From Octopus vulgaris (taxonomy: Eukaryota): 64,000 bases of DNA. The notes beneath the pieces were generated by a model. That model saw nothing but the letters and a program-made list of their open reading frames with translations. It had not been told where the DNA came from and did no database searches. Where the stretch lies: assembly GCA_951406725.2 (NCBI GenBank), contig OX597839.1, forward strand, positions 5,270,001 through 5,334,000. The letters are read 5' to 3'. Below, in pieces: positions 1 to 15,917 of the stretch; positions within the stretch are counted from its first letter, which is position 1; the number at the start of each line of letters is the position of its first letter. Both the position numbers and the translations under genes were made by a program.

Positions 1-105
1 AGCTTAACATTTTATTATTGCCACGGTCAATCTCTCTTTTCTTTTAGATTCATTACTGTTCCATGTTTTATCCGTTTATTAATAACCAGAATGTTATCTC
101 TCTCA

Positions 106-470
<365 letters not shown>

Positions 471-843
471 TCTCTATTTATCTATCTAACTACATATCTA
501 TCTATGTATTTCTGTCGCTATATATGTATGTATCTATTTGTTTATATACTTACATATATACATGCACCCCCCATACACACACATAGCCAAACACACACAA
601 ATTCCAGTCCATTCACCTTAATTAAGTCAGTTGTATTCCTCACACACATACATAGATATATTCACATATATAGACATTCATATACACGCATACATATATA
701 TGAATGCATATATGTGTATATATATGTATGTATTCATAAATATATGTATATATATATAAAAAGTCACACTCGATCACAGCACCAGTAACAGTTAAGCTTC
801 GTGCAATGGCCATACTCGATAACGAGGGGGCAGCCATAATAAC

Positions 844-906
<63 letters not shown>

Positions 907-1070
907 TGTATTAATGTATGTATAAATATGTATGAATTTATATATGTATGAATTTATATATGTATGTGTGCGAGTGTGTGATTGTGTGCGTGGGCACAAA
1001 CGAATACAATTATAAGAGACGCCCATATACGCAACCACACTTACGCACCAGTACACACACACACATATAC

Positions 1071-1140
1071 CTTTATTCAGATGTCCACCCGCCCACTTAC
1101 GTAGCCTCGTCACCCGTCTTCGACTACTAATGTTGTCCAT
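1071..1140 (-). CDS. Candidate short first coding exon (MDNISSRRRVTRLRKWAGGHLNK, phase 1)
   Basis: Non-repetitive CpG-containing island at ~1071-1500. ATG at 1140, donor AAAG|GTATAT after 1071. This is the only frame open up to the donor. No recognisable homology. Confidence 0.2.
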
Positions 1141-2229
1141 GCTGCTGTTCCTTCTGGTACTACTGTTGTTGTTGTTGTTGTTATGTATCACTGTCCCTGG
1201 CGATTTCCAGCCAATATGTCCGAATGTCCAAACATATTCAGCAACAACCGTCGTTCTCGCTTGCTTGCTCGCTTCCAGCCCAGTAAAAGGGTGTTGTAAG
1301 AGGAAGAGGAAGGGGAGGAGCGTAAGAGGTAGAGGTCAGTTTTAGAAAGCGAAACAAACGCGATTGTCCCGCTTGATCAGAGAGTGGGGCGATCACGTTA
1401 CGTGGTATTTCGGCCATGATGGAAGATGACCATCGCGCCGTTTCGGTTGCGTCATACCAGCGTTTATGACAAACATTAGTTGGCATTGTTTTCGTTGTCC
1501 TCGTTGTTATTGTTGTTGTTGTTAATGTTGTAGCTCTTGACCATTGCATTGGCGTTGTTTCTCTTACTGTTGTTGGGTTGCTTACAATGGCTGTAATAAT
1601 GGTACTGCTTTATAGCAGCTTTTGGTGGTGGTGGTAATAATAGTAGTAGTAGTAGTGGTAGTAATAGTAGTAGTGGTGGTGGTGGTACATCAACAATCCT
1701 AGCAGTATTAGTGTTATTACTAATAGTAGTCGTATTAATATTATTATTAATAGTAGCAGTGGTTGTAGTAGTAGTAGTAGTAGCAGCAGCATCAGCAGTA
1801 GTAGTAGAAGTAGTAGTAATAGTAGTAGTGATGGTGGTGGTATATCAACAATAGTAGCAGTAGTAGTGTTATTATTAGTAGTAGTTGTATTAATATTATT
1901 ATTAATAATAGTAGCAGTGGTAGTAGTAGTAGTAGTAATAGTAGTAGTGGTGGTGGTGGTACATCAACAATAGTAGCAGTATTAGTATTATTATTAGTAG
2001 TTGTATTAATATTATTATTATTAATAATAGTAGGAGTGGTTGTAGTAGTAGTAGTAGTTGTAGCAGCAGCAGTAGTTACTGTTTAGCCCCAGGTCACTCC
2101 CTACCAGCCTGGACCTATACTTCAAAATCATCCCGTTGTTCGGGTTCTTGATGTTATCGTTCGATGTTTGTTGCTCTTGTCTGCCATATGTTGCTGTTGT
2201 TGCTGTTGCTGCTGCTGCTGTTGCTGTTG

Positions 2230-2552
2230 AGCGAACGGTCTTCGTCCCAGAGCTCGCAAGATGGGAGAAGTCCGAAACGTGGTCCTTTGCTATTCGTAAG
2301 ACTCGCAGAAAAGAAAGCAGGTCAACCCCAAGACACAGAGAGCATCGACGGATGGATGAATGCGCATCCAGGCTCAGCGGTTGCGTAGGAAGTCGTCGGG
2401 GACAAGGAACAGGAAGAAAGAGTGAGAGAAAGCTGGAGCGAAAGAGTACAACAGGGGTCACCACCACCCCCTGCCGGAACCTCGTGGAGCTTTAGGTGTT
2501 TTCGCTCAAAAAACACATACAACGTCCGGTCTGGGAATCGAAACCGCGATCC
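2230..2552 (-). mobile_element. 5'-truncated tRNA-derived SINE (family A head/body, alternative tail)
   Basis: 2405-2552 matches the SINE body and B-box (GGTTTCGATTCCC) of copies at 29479, 33362 and 61174; 2230-2400 is a different tail running into (CAG/CAA)n. Confidence 0.7.
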
Positions 2553-2716
2553 TCCCAAATCTCCATCAATCCCAATAGTCTCCTCACCATTCAAGGTTTT
2601 CGAACTTATAAGTTATTCTGGCATGATCAATGTGTATTTCGCTATTATATCTAGCATTATTGGCGTTTCTTGATGTTATTATTTAACTCCGAGTTAACCC
2701 CAATAGAAATGATCAA

Positions 2717-3496
2717 CGGGGAGCTGGCAGAAACGTAAGGACGCCGGGCGAAATACTTAGCGGTATTTCGTCTGCCGCTACGTTCTGAGTTCAAAGTCCG
2801 CGAGGTCGACTTTGCCTTTCATCCTTTCAGGGTCGATAAATTAAGTACCAGTTACGCACTGGGGTCGATGTAATCGACTTAATCTCTTTGTCTGTCCTTG
2901 TTTGTCCCCTCTATGTTTATCCCCTTGTGGGTAGTAAAGAAATAGGTATTTCGTCTGCCGCTACGTTCTGAGTTCAAATTACGCCGAGGTCGACTTTGCC
3001 TTTCATCCTTTCGGGGTCGATAAATTAAGTACCAGTTACGCACTGGGGTCGAAGTAATCGACTTAATCCGTTTGTCTGTCCTTGTTTGTCCTCTCTATGC
3101 TTAGCCCCTTGTGGGTAGTAAAGAAATAGGTATTTCGTCTGCCGCTACGTTCTGAGTTCAAAGACCGCCGAGGTCGACTTTGCCTTTCATCCTTTCCGGG
3201 TCGATAAATTAAGTACCAGTTACGCACTGGGGTCGATGTAATCGACTTAATCTCCTTGTCTGTCCTTGTTTGTCCACTCTATGTTTAGCCCCTTGTGGGT
3301 AGTAAAGAAATAGGTATTTCGTCTGCCGTTACGTTCTGAGTTCAAATTCCGCCGAGGTCGACTTTGCCTTTCATCCTTTCGGGGTCGATAAATTAAGTAC
3401 CAGTTATGCACTAGGGTCGATGTAAGCGACTTAATCTCCTTGTCTGTCTTTGTTTGTCCACTCTATGTTTAGCCCCTTGTAGGCAATAAAGAAATA
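2717..3496 (+). mobile_element. SINE family B tetramer: one tRNA-like head plus four ~184-bp units, single 12-bp TSD
   Basis: Units start at GTATTTCG 2763, 2946, 3130 and 3314; B-box GAGTTCAAA in each; TSD AGAAATGATCAA at 2705-2716 and 3497-3508. Confidence 0.9.
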
Positions 3497-3812
3497 AGAA
3501 ATGATCAAAAGATATTCCAATACAGACCACCCCGTCTGAAAATATTTTCCTGGTTTAATGCGACGCAGCTTAGATCATATAAGTCTTAACGTTGTGAGAT
3601 TTTATTTGGGGTAATCTATGCGCAGTTTCTATGTACGTTGGCCCCTAGATAGAGGCAGGCCCTACTTGTTGGCGCAATGCAATTGGTTATGTTGTAGTTG
3701 TTGTTGTTGTTGTTGTGGAAAACGATGATGATCACAATGAGGATGAATAGAAATACTGCAGATCTTTTTTAGGCAAAGGTTATGTTGATGATGATGACGG
3801 TGATTATGATGG

Positions 3813-4415
3813 TTGATGACGACGACGACGATGAGGATGGAGTCGAGTGATACATGCCATGATGATGATGATGATGATGATGACGATGACGATGATGATA
3901 GTGGTGGTGATGATGACGGTGACGTCGACGACAATGACAACGATGACGATGATGATGATGATGATGATGACTATTGCGGGGTTGGTGTTGATAATGATGA
4001 TGACGATGATAGTGATGACGATGATGATGATGACGTTGATGGTGATGATGGTGAGGATGATGATGATGATGACGATGACGATGGTGATGGTGGTGGTGAT
4101 GATGACGGTGACGACGACGACAATGACAACTATGACGATGACGATGACGATGATGACGATGATGATGATGAAAATGACTATTGTGGGGTTGGTGTTGATA
4201 ATGATGATGATGATGACAGTGATGACGATTATGATGACGATGACGATGATGATGACGTTGATGGTGATAATAATGATGATGATGATGATGATGAAGATGA
4301 CTATTATGGGGTTGGTGTTGATAATGATGATTATGATGATAGTGATGACGATTATGATGACGATGATGATGATGATGACGTTGATGGTGATGATAATGAT
4401 GATGATAGTGATGAC

Positions 4416-4460
<45 letters not shown>

Positions 4461-4612
4461 AGTGATGACGATTATGATGACGATGACGATGATGATGACG
4501 TTGATGGTGATGATAATAGCATCAACGATGACAACGGTGAGGATGATGATGATGATAATGATGATGATGAGGAGGAGGAGGAGGATGGTGATGATGATGG
4601 TGATGAGCAGTT
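3813..4612. repeat. Compound (GAT/GAC)n tract with higher-order repeats
   Basis: Motif GACTATT..GGGGTTGGTGTTGATAATGATG recurs three times (~3970, 4177, 4300); the poly-D and poly-M ORFs are artefacts. Confidence 0.9.
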
Positions 4613-5340
4613 TTGATACTGTTAGGATGAAAGTAATAATGATGTTTAATAATGAAGCTGTTTATATTATTGAGTTTATTAAATATTTGTAATTAGAAGC
4701 TAATTACTCTTATCCGCAACAGCAGGAGCAGTATTAGTATTAGTATTAGTATTAGTATTAGTAGTAGTAGTAACTATGGCGACGGCAGCAGAGGTGGCGG
4801 TGGTGGGGGCGGTAGTAGTAGTCATAGTTGTAAGTAGTAGTAGTAGTAGTAGTAACAGTAGTAGTAGTAGTAATCATGGTAATGGGAGCATCATAATACC
4901 GGCGACGTGGGCGGTGGCGGCGGCGATGGTGGCGGTGGCGATTGTGGCGGCGGTGCTAAAGCGATGGAGGCTTCCTCATTTACTCCATGGTCAGTTTTGG
5001 TCAAGCAGATACATGATCAAAGCCATTACATCAATAACTAAACCCCTACATTTATTGCAAATCTCGAATTATATATTATAAATTGTGTCCTTTTACATCC
5101 GACTTCACTTTATTTGATATTTTATTATGTTTTTATTATGTTTGTTTGCGTAGGAGACGGTCTGCTGTTGGCAAACTCACAAATGATATTAAAATCGTAG
5201 GACAGGACTGTTTGAAATATGAAACGATGACCGGCGAAAAATAACTGAAGACACACACACACACACACACACATAAACTCATGCATATATATATATACAC
5301 ATATATTTATATATATATACACATATTTATATGTGTATAT

Positions 5341-5378
<38 letters not shown>

Positions 5379-5471
5379 TTATATATATATATACACATAT
5401 ATTTATATATGTGTATACATAGAAATGCATGAATATAAACAAACATTCGTGTTTACACGCACACACACGGA

Positions 5472-5509
<38 letters not shown>

Positions 5510-5662
5510 CATATATATATAAGTATATATGTATATACTCATACATATGTATATACTCATATATATATATATATATACACACATATATATATGCGTATAT
5601 ATACATGCATATGTATGCCATCTATCTATCTATCTGTGTATGTATGTATCTTATATCTATAT

Positions 5663-5756
<94 letters not shown>

Positions 5757-5924
5757 TCACACACATATATACTTATTGATGTGTTTTATGAGCGTATCTC
5801 TCTTTCCCACACTCCCACTCTTACATGGGTATGAATATGTATATATAGCACACATGCATACACACATACACGCATATGCTCATATATATGCATACATACA
5901 TAGATACATTATTACATGGATACA

Positions 5925-5963
<39 letters not shown>

Positions 5964-7160
5964 TTAGAATAACTTAGAAAGTGTGTGTGTATGTGTGTGT
6001 GTGTGTGTGTATATATATTTGGGAAGCACCAGCTAATAATTCTGTAGAGGCTGAAGGATTTTGTTTGGTGGGTAATTTTCATAAAACAAATGAAAGTAAA
6101 TTGTGAATATAAACAGAACGGTAGAAATAAAAAGCAGAGTAAACAACAAACAAAGAAGTGTAGAATGCATCTTATTATGCCAGGGAAGGAAACCGAAGAC
6201 AGTCTGATGTTGGTGATGAATCATTTTATCAAAGGAAAAGGAAAGAGAAAAATAATAGAAAAATTCAGAAGCAGTCTTCTTAGGGTTTGGAGAAATTCCT
6301 TTGCAGTATTCGTTTCAGCTATCTACGGTTTTGCTGTATCTACCTCTTTTTCTTTTCGAAGTCGATAGTTTAGTATCTGTACTAAACATAGGTCGATTCT
6401 TTTTTATCTCCTAATCTTTCTTTCCGTCAATTTGTTTTCTGGTCATAATCGACATATCTTAGCTCTCCTGAGAGATCTCAAAGGACAGGTAAAAGACATG
6501 TTTCTGATCGGCCATCCATCGTATGGTGCCTCGAGTGCCCCATCAAGGTTCTCGGGATCCAAATGAAAAGGTATCCAATTACATTATTTCTGTTTGTATG
6601 TATGTAAGTATGTATGTATGTACGTATGGATGTACGCATGTATGTACATATATATTATTATTGATAATTATATTTCATCCCAGTAAAAAAACTGTCGAAT
6701 CTTATTTTGGCAGCACGCCGACGGAAGGGGGATGGTGACATGCTTTCATTCACCCTTTGAATTTGGTGGTACTGGTAATGGCTTACACTCGCTCTGATAC
6801 CATGAGTTGAGGTGATGTCTTCTAGTGCCTTCAAATTTAATACACAATTATTAATGATTGAGACGCAATTATTTATAATTGAAGAGTCCTACGCTGAATA
6901 GGAAAATAGTTGGGTAAGACATAATTATTTAATTTTTATGCTTTCCTATGACTTAATTCCGAAACGTACGTCCATAGGTGACTTAATATAGAATGATTAT
7001 CGTCATTTCTTTCTCTTTTGCCTGCGCTGTTTGCCTTTTAAGTGCTATGGTTTTACTGAGATCTCCCTTTTAAGTAGAAAGAATAGCCAAAACTCTTTGA
7101 CTGCTATTTCTAAATTCGGTGTGTGGTGAGGCAAATCGTTGCTAAACCCTTAATTACTTA

Positions 7161-7208
<48 letters not shown>

Positions 7209-7212
<4 letters not shown>

Positions 7213-7390
7213 AGAGTTTACGAAATTAACAAAAGACGAAGACATGTGGTGTATAAAACAAACAGATGTATTAGTATAACGCTCAGGAATAGAAAAAGTA
7301 TTTTACGTTTCGAGCCTACGCTCTTCTACAGAAAGGGACACAGAAAAATCAAGGAGAGAAACAAGGAAAGAAAAGAACAAGGAGAGAAAT
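7209..7390 (-). mobile_element. Hammerhead-bearing short element (family H, Penelope pLTR-like)
   Basis: Minus strand CTTT-CTGTAGA-A-GAGC-GTAG-GCTC-GAAACG-TA-AAA at ~7298-7339; abuts (TA)n; homologous to copies at 15115, 17547, 26286 and 46590. Confidence 0.7.
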
Positions 7391-7647
7391 ATATATAGAT
7401 ATATATTAATATATATCTTTATGTATATACATATATATATATATCGGACTACGAAATCGCAATTGCTATCATATATATACACAACCAGTCCGTATACTTG
7501 TTTTAGCTTCCATATGCGTATATTAATGTAGTTGCTTCATTCACTGGATATCGTTTTGCATGCTTGTACCAATTAAGTAACTCTATAAAGTTGTATGCAT
7601 GGATTTATACAGCCGTAAAGACAGATAGATTTGTCGATATACATATA

Positions 7648-7708
<61 letters not shown>

Positions 7709-8112
7709 ATATATATGTATGGATATATATTTATATATAATGGATATATAAATATATATCAAATAGATACATATATAGTTATGCATATATAAATACATAT
7801 ATGTGTATGACTCAGACGTATGAGAGATTGTTCAACGATTCATATGAATATATATATATATATATATATATGCTTCATCTCGGCAATTTTAAGACATCAC
7901 TGTGCTATGACAACAATTGTATAGCCGCAGCAGCAGTAGCGGCAGGAGGAGCAGCAACAACAGCATCGACATCAATCAGAAAAATATCTACTACTCCGTG
8001 AACCGGTGGAAACATAAACGTCGAAAAATGCACCAAGGAATGATTTTAACATGAGCAATTATCATAAAATATGATCATTGCGCACAAGCCCTATCTGTGC
8101 TTGTATGTATGA

Positions 8113-8218
<106 letters not shown>

Positions 8219-8438
8219 GCAAGTTTATGTATTCGTTATTATTTATGATGATCAAGGCACTCTTTTAAACCATAACTTCCGTAAATACGAGGTATATCCA
8301 TGAATTGACCAGTAGCAATAATCCAAGACGAAATTTAAATGTATTCTCCTTCTGTAAGCTGTCAATGACTATCTCGCCACAAGCACATGCACCTGCACCA
8401 ACAGACACCCACCTTGATATATGTGTATATATATATGC

Positions 8439-8523
<85 letters not shown>

Positions 8524-8745
8524 CAGATGGACATGTATATATATATATGTACATACATAAATATATATATATGTATGTGTGTATGTATATGTATATATAT
8601 ATATCTATATACACATATGTATATATTTATATATATATATATATACATATATATAGAAATAAATAGAAATAAATAAATATATATATATGTGTGTGTGTGT
8701 ATATTTATATATTTATGTAAGTATGTGTGTGTATGTATGTCTATG

Positions 8746-8818
<73 letters not shown>

Positions 8819-9340
8819 ATTAGCTAATATAATATCATATATGTATCGAATGTTGTTTACACATTTTTGGAATTCAAATTCCACGCAGGAATATCTTTTG
8901 ATATTCATCTTCGGAACTGCCATTGAGGATTTTATTACTGCCGAACCAAAGGAGGATAATTACGACCCATACGAAACGTAAAGGTGGATTGTCCGTTTAT
9001 AGTAACGACACGTAACCCTAAAACCATGACGGCCATCTTGTTTGCATTTATCAAAATATTTAATTATCACTGACGAAAGGAAAACTTTTGAAACTATGTA
9101 GAAAATTATATCAAGGTTGGGTATGTATATATATGTATATATAAACGAATACCCTGTATGTGTGTGGTAAATATGCCGAGAATTATACATGGAAATATAC
9201 AAAGTAATATATATTAATTTATTTTTGTTCCACTCACAGGGTTCAACATGCGTATATATAAATCTAACTATATATGTTGTCAATGTGTCAACAGTTATTC
9301 ATGTGCATTCTATAAATATTGTGTATATATATATAAATAT

Positions 9341-9387
<47 letters not shown>

Positions 9388-9396
9388 ATGTATGTA

Positions 9397-9442
<46 letters not shown>

Positions 9443-9582
9443 ATATATATATATGTATGTATGTGTATATAATTTCATGCATATATTTGTAGCAGTGTTG
9501 AAATACGTTATTCGTTATGTAACCTTTTTGATTTATACACACGCACAAACACACAGATACACACACAGATGCACAAACACAT

Positions 9583-9622
<40 letters not shown>

Positions 9623-9679
9623 AAACACACTCATACACACACACTCATATATACGACCATGTATACAGATATACTTTAG

Positions 9680-10085
9680 CTTGGCTGCATAATAAGAAGT
9701 TTTCTTCTGAACCACATGGTTCCGGTTTCAACCACATGGTTCCGGTTTCAACCACATGGTTCCGGTTTCAGTACCACAACTGTTTTGTACTATAGGATTG
9801 GGCGGACCAAAGACATGTAAGTGGATTTTGTTAAGGGAAAGTGAAAGTATACCGTTGTATGTATATGTATATCTGCCTGTGTATTCGTATCTTTGTTCGT
9901 CCCCGTTGCCTACCCGTTAACACAACTGTTGTTGGTTTGTTTACGTCCACGTAACATAGCTGTTCTTCAACATATAACGATAGAATAAGTACCGGGTTTA
10001 AAATTATAAGTGGTGCTGGCGATTTATTTAACAAAAAACTCTTCAATCCGCTGCCCCAATATGGCCGAAGACAAATGGTCGGAAC
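9680..10085 (+). mobile_element. Diverged tRNA-derived SINE family C with internal 20-bp triplication
   Basis: ACCACATGGTTCCGGTTTCA x3 at 9711-9770; body and tail match copies at 17305, 46020 and 45347. Confidence 0.7.
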
Positions 10086-10110
10086 ACACACGCACGCACA
10101 CACACACACA

Positions 10111-10166
<56 letters not shown>

Positions 10167-10605
10167 TGTATGTGTGTATACGTATATGCGCACATATAGT
10201 TTTACCTATACGTACAGAAAAGTCTGAGTTGTGTTGATCCATTAAAGTATAGTATACTTTTGAACCAATTTTCTGCTTTCAGCATTTCTGAAATTTGAGA
10301 AGGGTCCTACATAGGTCTTCATCACCGAAACTAAATAATCTATGAAAGTCTCACAGGTATATAAAGTATAAACGCTTGTATATTAAGTGAAACGAATGAG
10401 AACGGCGTGTTCAATACATGTTGTAAGGATATGGTTGAAAGATAAGAGAATATAGAGCAGATACTCGCCTGTTCATCGCACAAGCGTGAAACGCAGTTTC
10501 AGCTCCAGCAACACAATGTTATATGTGTGTGAACGTGTTTGTTTGCCTGAGTGTGTGTGAGTGCGTGTGTGTGTATCCGTGTGTGTGTTTGGGTGTAAGT
10601 ATGAT

Positions 10606-10671
<66 letters not shown>

Positions 10672-10982
10672 TATGTATTACTCCGTTCTGTGTTTCAGTG
10701 ATTAGAATTCGCTGTGCTAGAGTATGTACTCTGAGATTTTTCATTCGGCGATATGAAATCCAGAGGTATGATGTTTAAAGAGTAATATTAATTTGGCAAA
10801 ACGTTATCCAACTTAAATAGCATATAAAATGGTGTAACATAAACACGGCTACAAAGTCACGAAGATATGTAGATGAAGAGATAAGAACAGACAGAGTTCT
10901 GAGAGACATTAACTGAGAAAGAAAGATAGAGGAGACACAGAATTTCGTGATAAAAAATGCAGAAATAGACAGATAGATAGAT

Positions 10983-11033
<51 letters not shown>

Positions 11034-11039
11034 CAGATG

Positions 11040-11091
<52 letters not shown>

Positions 11092-11699
11092 CATAGATAG
11101 ATAGATACATAGATAGAAAACTGACGGACAAATAAATAGATAGTACGTAGAGAGATGGATGGATCGTTGGATGGATGGTTAGATGAATAGACCAACAGAT
11201 AGATATATGGATGGGTAGATAGGCAGATAGATACATGGATCAATAGAGAATGAATATGTAGGGATACTATGATGTAGTTGGGTATATGGAACAAAGGCAA
11301 TGATATAAAGAAATGGAAATCGGAGGTAGGAGTAAAGTGAGTAGAGAGACAGAAAGAAAGAAAGAAAGAAAGAGAGAGAGGGAGAGAGAGAGAGAGAGAG
11401 GACACAGAAATAGTGATGTTGATAAATAGATACTTTACTAAAGCATATATATATAACTGTTTATCTATATATAAATGTGTACACACACACACACACACAC
11501 ATACACACACATATATATATATATATATATACATACACACATACATATACATAAATTTACATGTATATATATTTGTATATATGTATATATATACATATAT
11601 ATATATATATATACATATGTATATACATGCATATATATATGTGAGTGTGTGTACATATATATATATATGTGCGTGTTTGTGTACATATATATCTGTGAG

Positions 11700-11783
<84 letters not shown>

Positions 11784-12053
11784 ATGAGACAGATGAAGAT
11801 ATATATATATAAAGAATTAGAATGATGGTGTTATCAGAAATAGGAATGGAGTTATTCCTTGTCTTGTTAATCTCCTAAAGAATAAACAAGAGAGTTAAAA
11901 TCGGATTAAATTCAATCGAAAGAAAACATCTCAGAGGATACGCATAGGTATATGCGTATGCCCACACACATATTCTGAAGTGCATACGTATACACGCGCT
12001 CACAGAGGCAGGAGTATACACGTGCATACGTACAGTACATGCACATACATACT

Positions 12054-12114
<61 letters not shown>

Positions 12115-12331
12115 GCGTACACACGAACAGTAAGAGAGGCAGATACGAAAGTACTAAAGTGAAACAAATACGTAGCGGTATCAAATGAATGTTTATGAGA
12201 ATTAGCGGCAGAATACGTGAATGTATGTATGTTTATACATACATGCATATATATGTGTATGTGCACATACATACATACATACATACATACATACATACAT
12301 AACATATACATATAATACATACATAAACATA

Positions 12332-12365
<34 letters not shown>

Positions 12366-12615
12366 CGTGTATATATATATGTATATATATGTATAACATT
12401 ATGTATGTATACGTATATATGCATAAACACATATATGAGTATATATGCATGCATATGAGATTACATAATATATATGCACTTATATACTGATGTATGTATT
12501 CAGACATGTATAACACGCTGTATTATAAATATATATAGTTATATATACAAACTAATATACATGTATGCATATATGCATTTACATAACTGTGTTTGTGCAT
12601 GTATGGATGTATACG

Positions 12616-12661
<46 letters not shown>

Positions 12662-12728
12662 TATATAGATATGTCTGTATGTGTATACGTATATATACGT
12701 GTATGTATATACATATAAATATACATGC

Positions 12729-12791
<63 letters not shown>

Positions 12792-13287
12792 TGCGTGTGT
12801 GTGTGTAGACATCCATGTGTGCAATTATCTTTGTGCATAGCTTGTGTGTGTACGTGACATAACGCATCGTGTGTGCTCCTCAGAATTCAGTTGTGGTATG
12901 TAAGTTTGTTTGTAGCCGTCTTTGTAGGTATATAAAGAAGAAAAATCCTTAAGGATTTTACAAAATTTGAAAACTTGAAATACGAAAAAAAATAAAAGTG
13001 CCATACAAACAGAAATGCCGAGGAAATGCAAACATTTCAGACATTTCGAGTGAGAGAATTATCAAATCTGAATGCTTGACAAATAAATAATAAACTCCAA
13101 CTGGAACAACAATAAACGTATTAATAATCTACATAATTGACATTTATACTAATCATATTATTATTGGTTAAACTATTATTAACGTCATTGTTATTAAAAT
13201 TGTTATTACGGTTTTTATTGATATAACTGTTATTGCTATTATTTTGTTAATGATAATTATTCTTTACATTGATAATCATGATAATAA

Positions 13288-13895
<608 letters not shown>

Positions 13896-13919
13896 TTCGT
13901 ATCGTCATTATTATTGTTA

Positions 13920-14392
13920 TTGAATGAGAGAGCAGTGTATGCCATCAAAATGACGCTATTGTAAAATATATAAAGCCCAGTATACCCGTAATGACTACCC
14001 GTCTGATAGGGGTACACCAAGTACATGTATCACAACCATATGTGCGCGACATGGTGATCTCATATCAAGACAAACAGTGCATGACCTTGCAGGTGGGGGC
14101 CCAGTTAGAATTTTCTTCAGGTCGAGTAGCCCATCCCGATCTAAAGGACCCGGAATAAGGATTGCTTGAGGATGCTGAACGAAATACCCATGTTTCCAAA
14201 GGTGAATTATCCAAACCCCAAAGAATTCCTCCCAACATATGGCTATGATGCCCCCCGCTACCCAGTACTACTGCCTGTGATAAGAGATGCACACATCGTC
14301 AGCCACTAAGGCACATGCTCAACTGGTTAAGGTCAAGCAACTGGCAATGAAATCTTTGGTATTAAGCAGATACTTGATGTAGCCTATCTTTA
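13920..14392 (-). mobile_element. Non-coding interspersed repeat (family T) embedded in (TAA)n tracts
   Basis: Reverse-complement similarity to 23510-23790; both ends abut TAA/TTA repeats. Confidence 0.65.
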
Positions 14393-14423
14393 TTATTATT
14401 ATTATTATTATTATTAATATTAA

Positions 14424-14463
<40 letters not shown>

Positions 14464-14497
14464 GTTATTATTATTATTATTATTATTACGATTATTA

Positions 14498-14564
<67 letters not shown>

Positions 14565-14566
<2 letters not shown>

Positions 14567-14670
14567 TATGTTTGACTTTTGCTTTATGTCTGTACAAGTT
14601 GGCTCCAAGTCTCACCCAGAGACCTCAAGAGACAACAGGTTGGAAGTTCTGTGCCATATATTTGGGTTTT
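14565..14670 (-). mobile_element. Probable 3' end/UTR fragment of an R4/Dong-type non-LTR retrotransposon
   Basis: Minus strand ...GTCTCTTGAGGTCTCTGGGTGAGACTTGGAGCC... running directly into (TAA)n; family assignment by recollection only. Confidence 0.4.
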
Positions 14671-14794
14671 TTTTTTTTTTGGTGTTGTACTAGTGAATGT
14701 CTAATACATAAAAATAAAAAATAAATAAATAAAAAATGAAAAAAAAAAGTTTGTTTTAAACCTTGGGATTACATAGAGAGTATTTTTATTATTA

Positions 14795-14864
<70 letters not shown>

Positions 14865-15114
14865 CATTTTTATTATTATTGGTTTTGCACAGCTTGTAAC
14901 GCTGGAGATGAACTACGGTGTCAGCTGTTCTCTACAAATGAATAAATTATGCATTGTGAAGAAAACTAGAATATCACACGCCTTATATAGTATATTCCTT
15001 TAGATTACAGATATAATCTGACAGTGTAGCAGTAATATATATATATATTTTTAATGATACTCTGATATACAGAATATATGTATTTATGTGCTCATATATA
15101 TATATATATATATA

Positions 15115-15318
15115 ACGGGAAGGTTTACGAAAATAAACAAAAGACGAAAGCAGGTGGAGTACAAACAAACAATGTATTCGTATGGCGCTCAGGAATAGAA
15201 ATAAAACAAGTCTTTTACGTTTCGAGCCTACGCTCTTCGACAGAAAGATACACAGAAAAGAAACAAGGAGAGAAACAAGGAGAAAAAAATGCGTGTAGGA
15301 GCTAACGGTCTATCATAT
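15115..15318 (-). mobile_element. Family H hammerhead element
   Basis: Minus strand TCTTT-CTGTCGA-A-GAGC-GTAG-GCTC-GAAACG-TA-AAAGA at ~15210-15249; (TA)n on both sides. Confidence 0.7.
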
Positions 15319-15365
15319 ATATATATATATACGTATATATATATATGCGTATATATGTATGTATG

Positions 15366-15437
<72 letters not shown>

Positions 15438-15749
15438 CAAATAAATAAATATGGGTATATAGACAAATACATGCGTTCACACTGGCACGAGCATGCATAC
15501 ATGCCTTATCAACTGTCTAGTCTATCTTAAGATATTTCATTTAATAACCCATTTTCCCGACTCACCCATAGAACACGTTTCTTTTTCTCTCATCTTGCAA
15601 TATTATTTTTCCGAACTTACGTAACACGTATTCCCACCACTTCCCTCCTCTCTTTAACCTGTGTATTGTAACACAATTTCAAAATTGCAGCCATCTTTGT
15701 TTTTTTTCCGTGCAGTATTTAATATGAATTTTCAATTTACAATTACGTA

Positions 15750-15828
<79 letters not shown>

Positions 15829-15868
15829 TCACCACTACCACCACCACCACCACCACCACCGCCACCAG

Positions 15869-15917
<49 letters not shown>

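Noticed and set aside
2763-3496. CRISPR-like or satellite interpretation of the 184-bp array
   Set aside because: No unique spacers and no cas genes; the units are SINE bodies with a Pol III B-box and a flanking TSD
6788-6802. TGGTATCAGAGC on the minus strand, resembling an LTR primer-binding site
   Set aside because: Matches the plant-type initiator tRNA PBS rather than the animal one; no LTR pair or gag/pol nearby; likely chance
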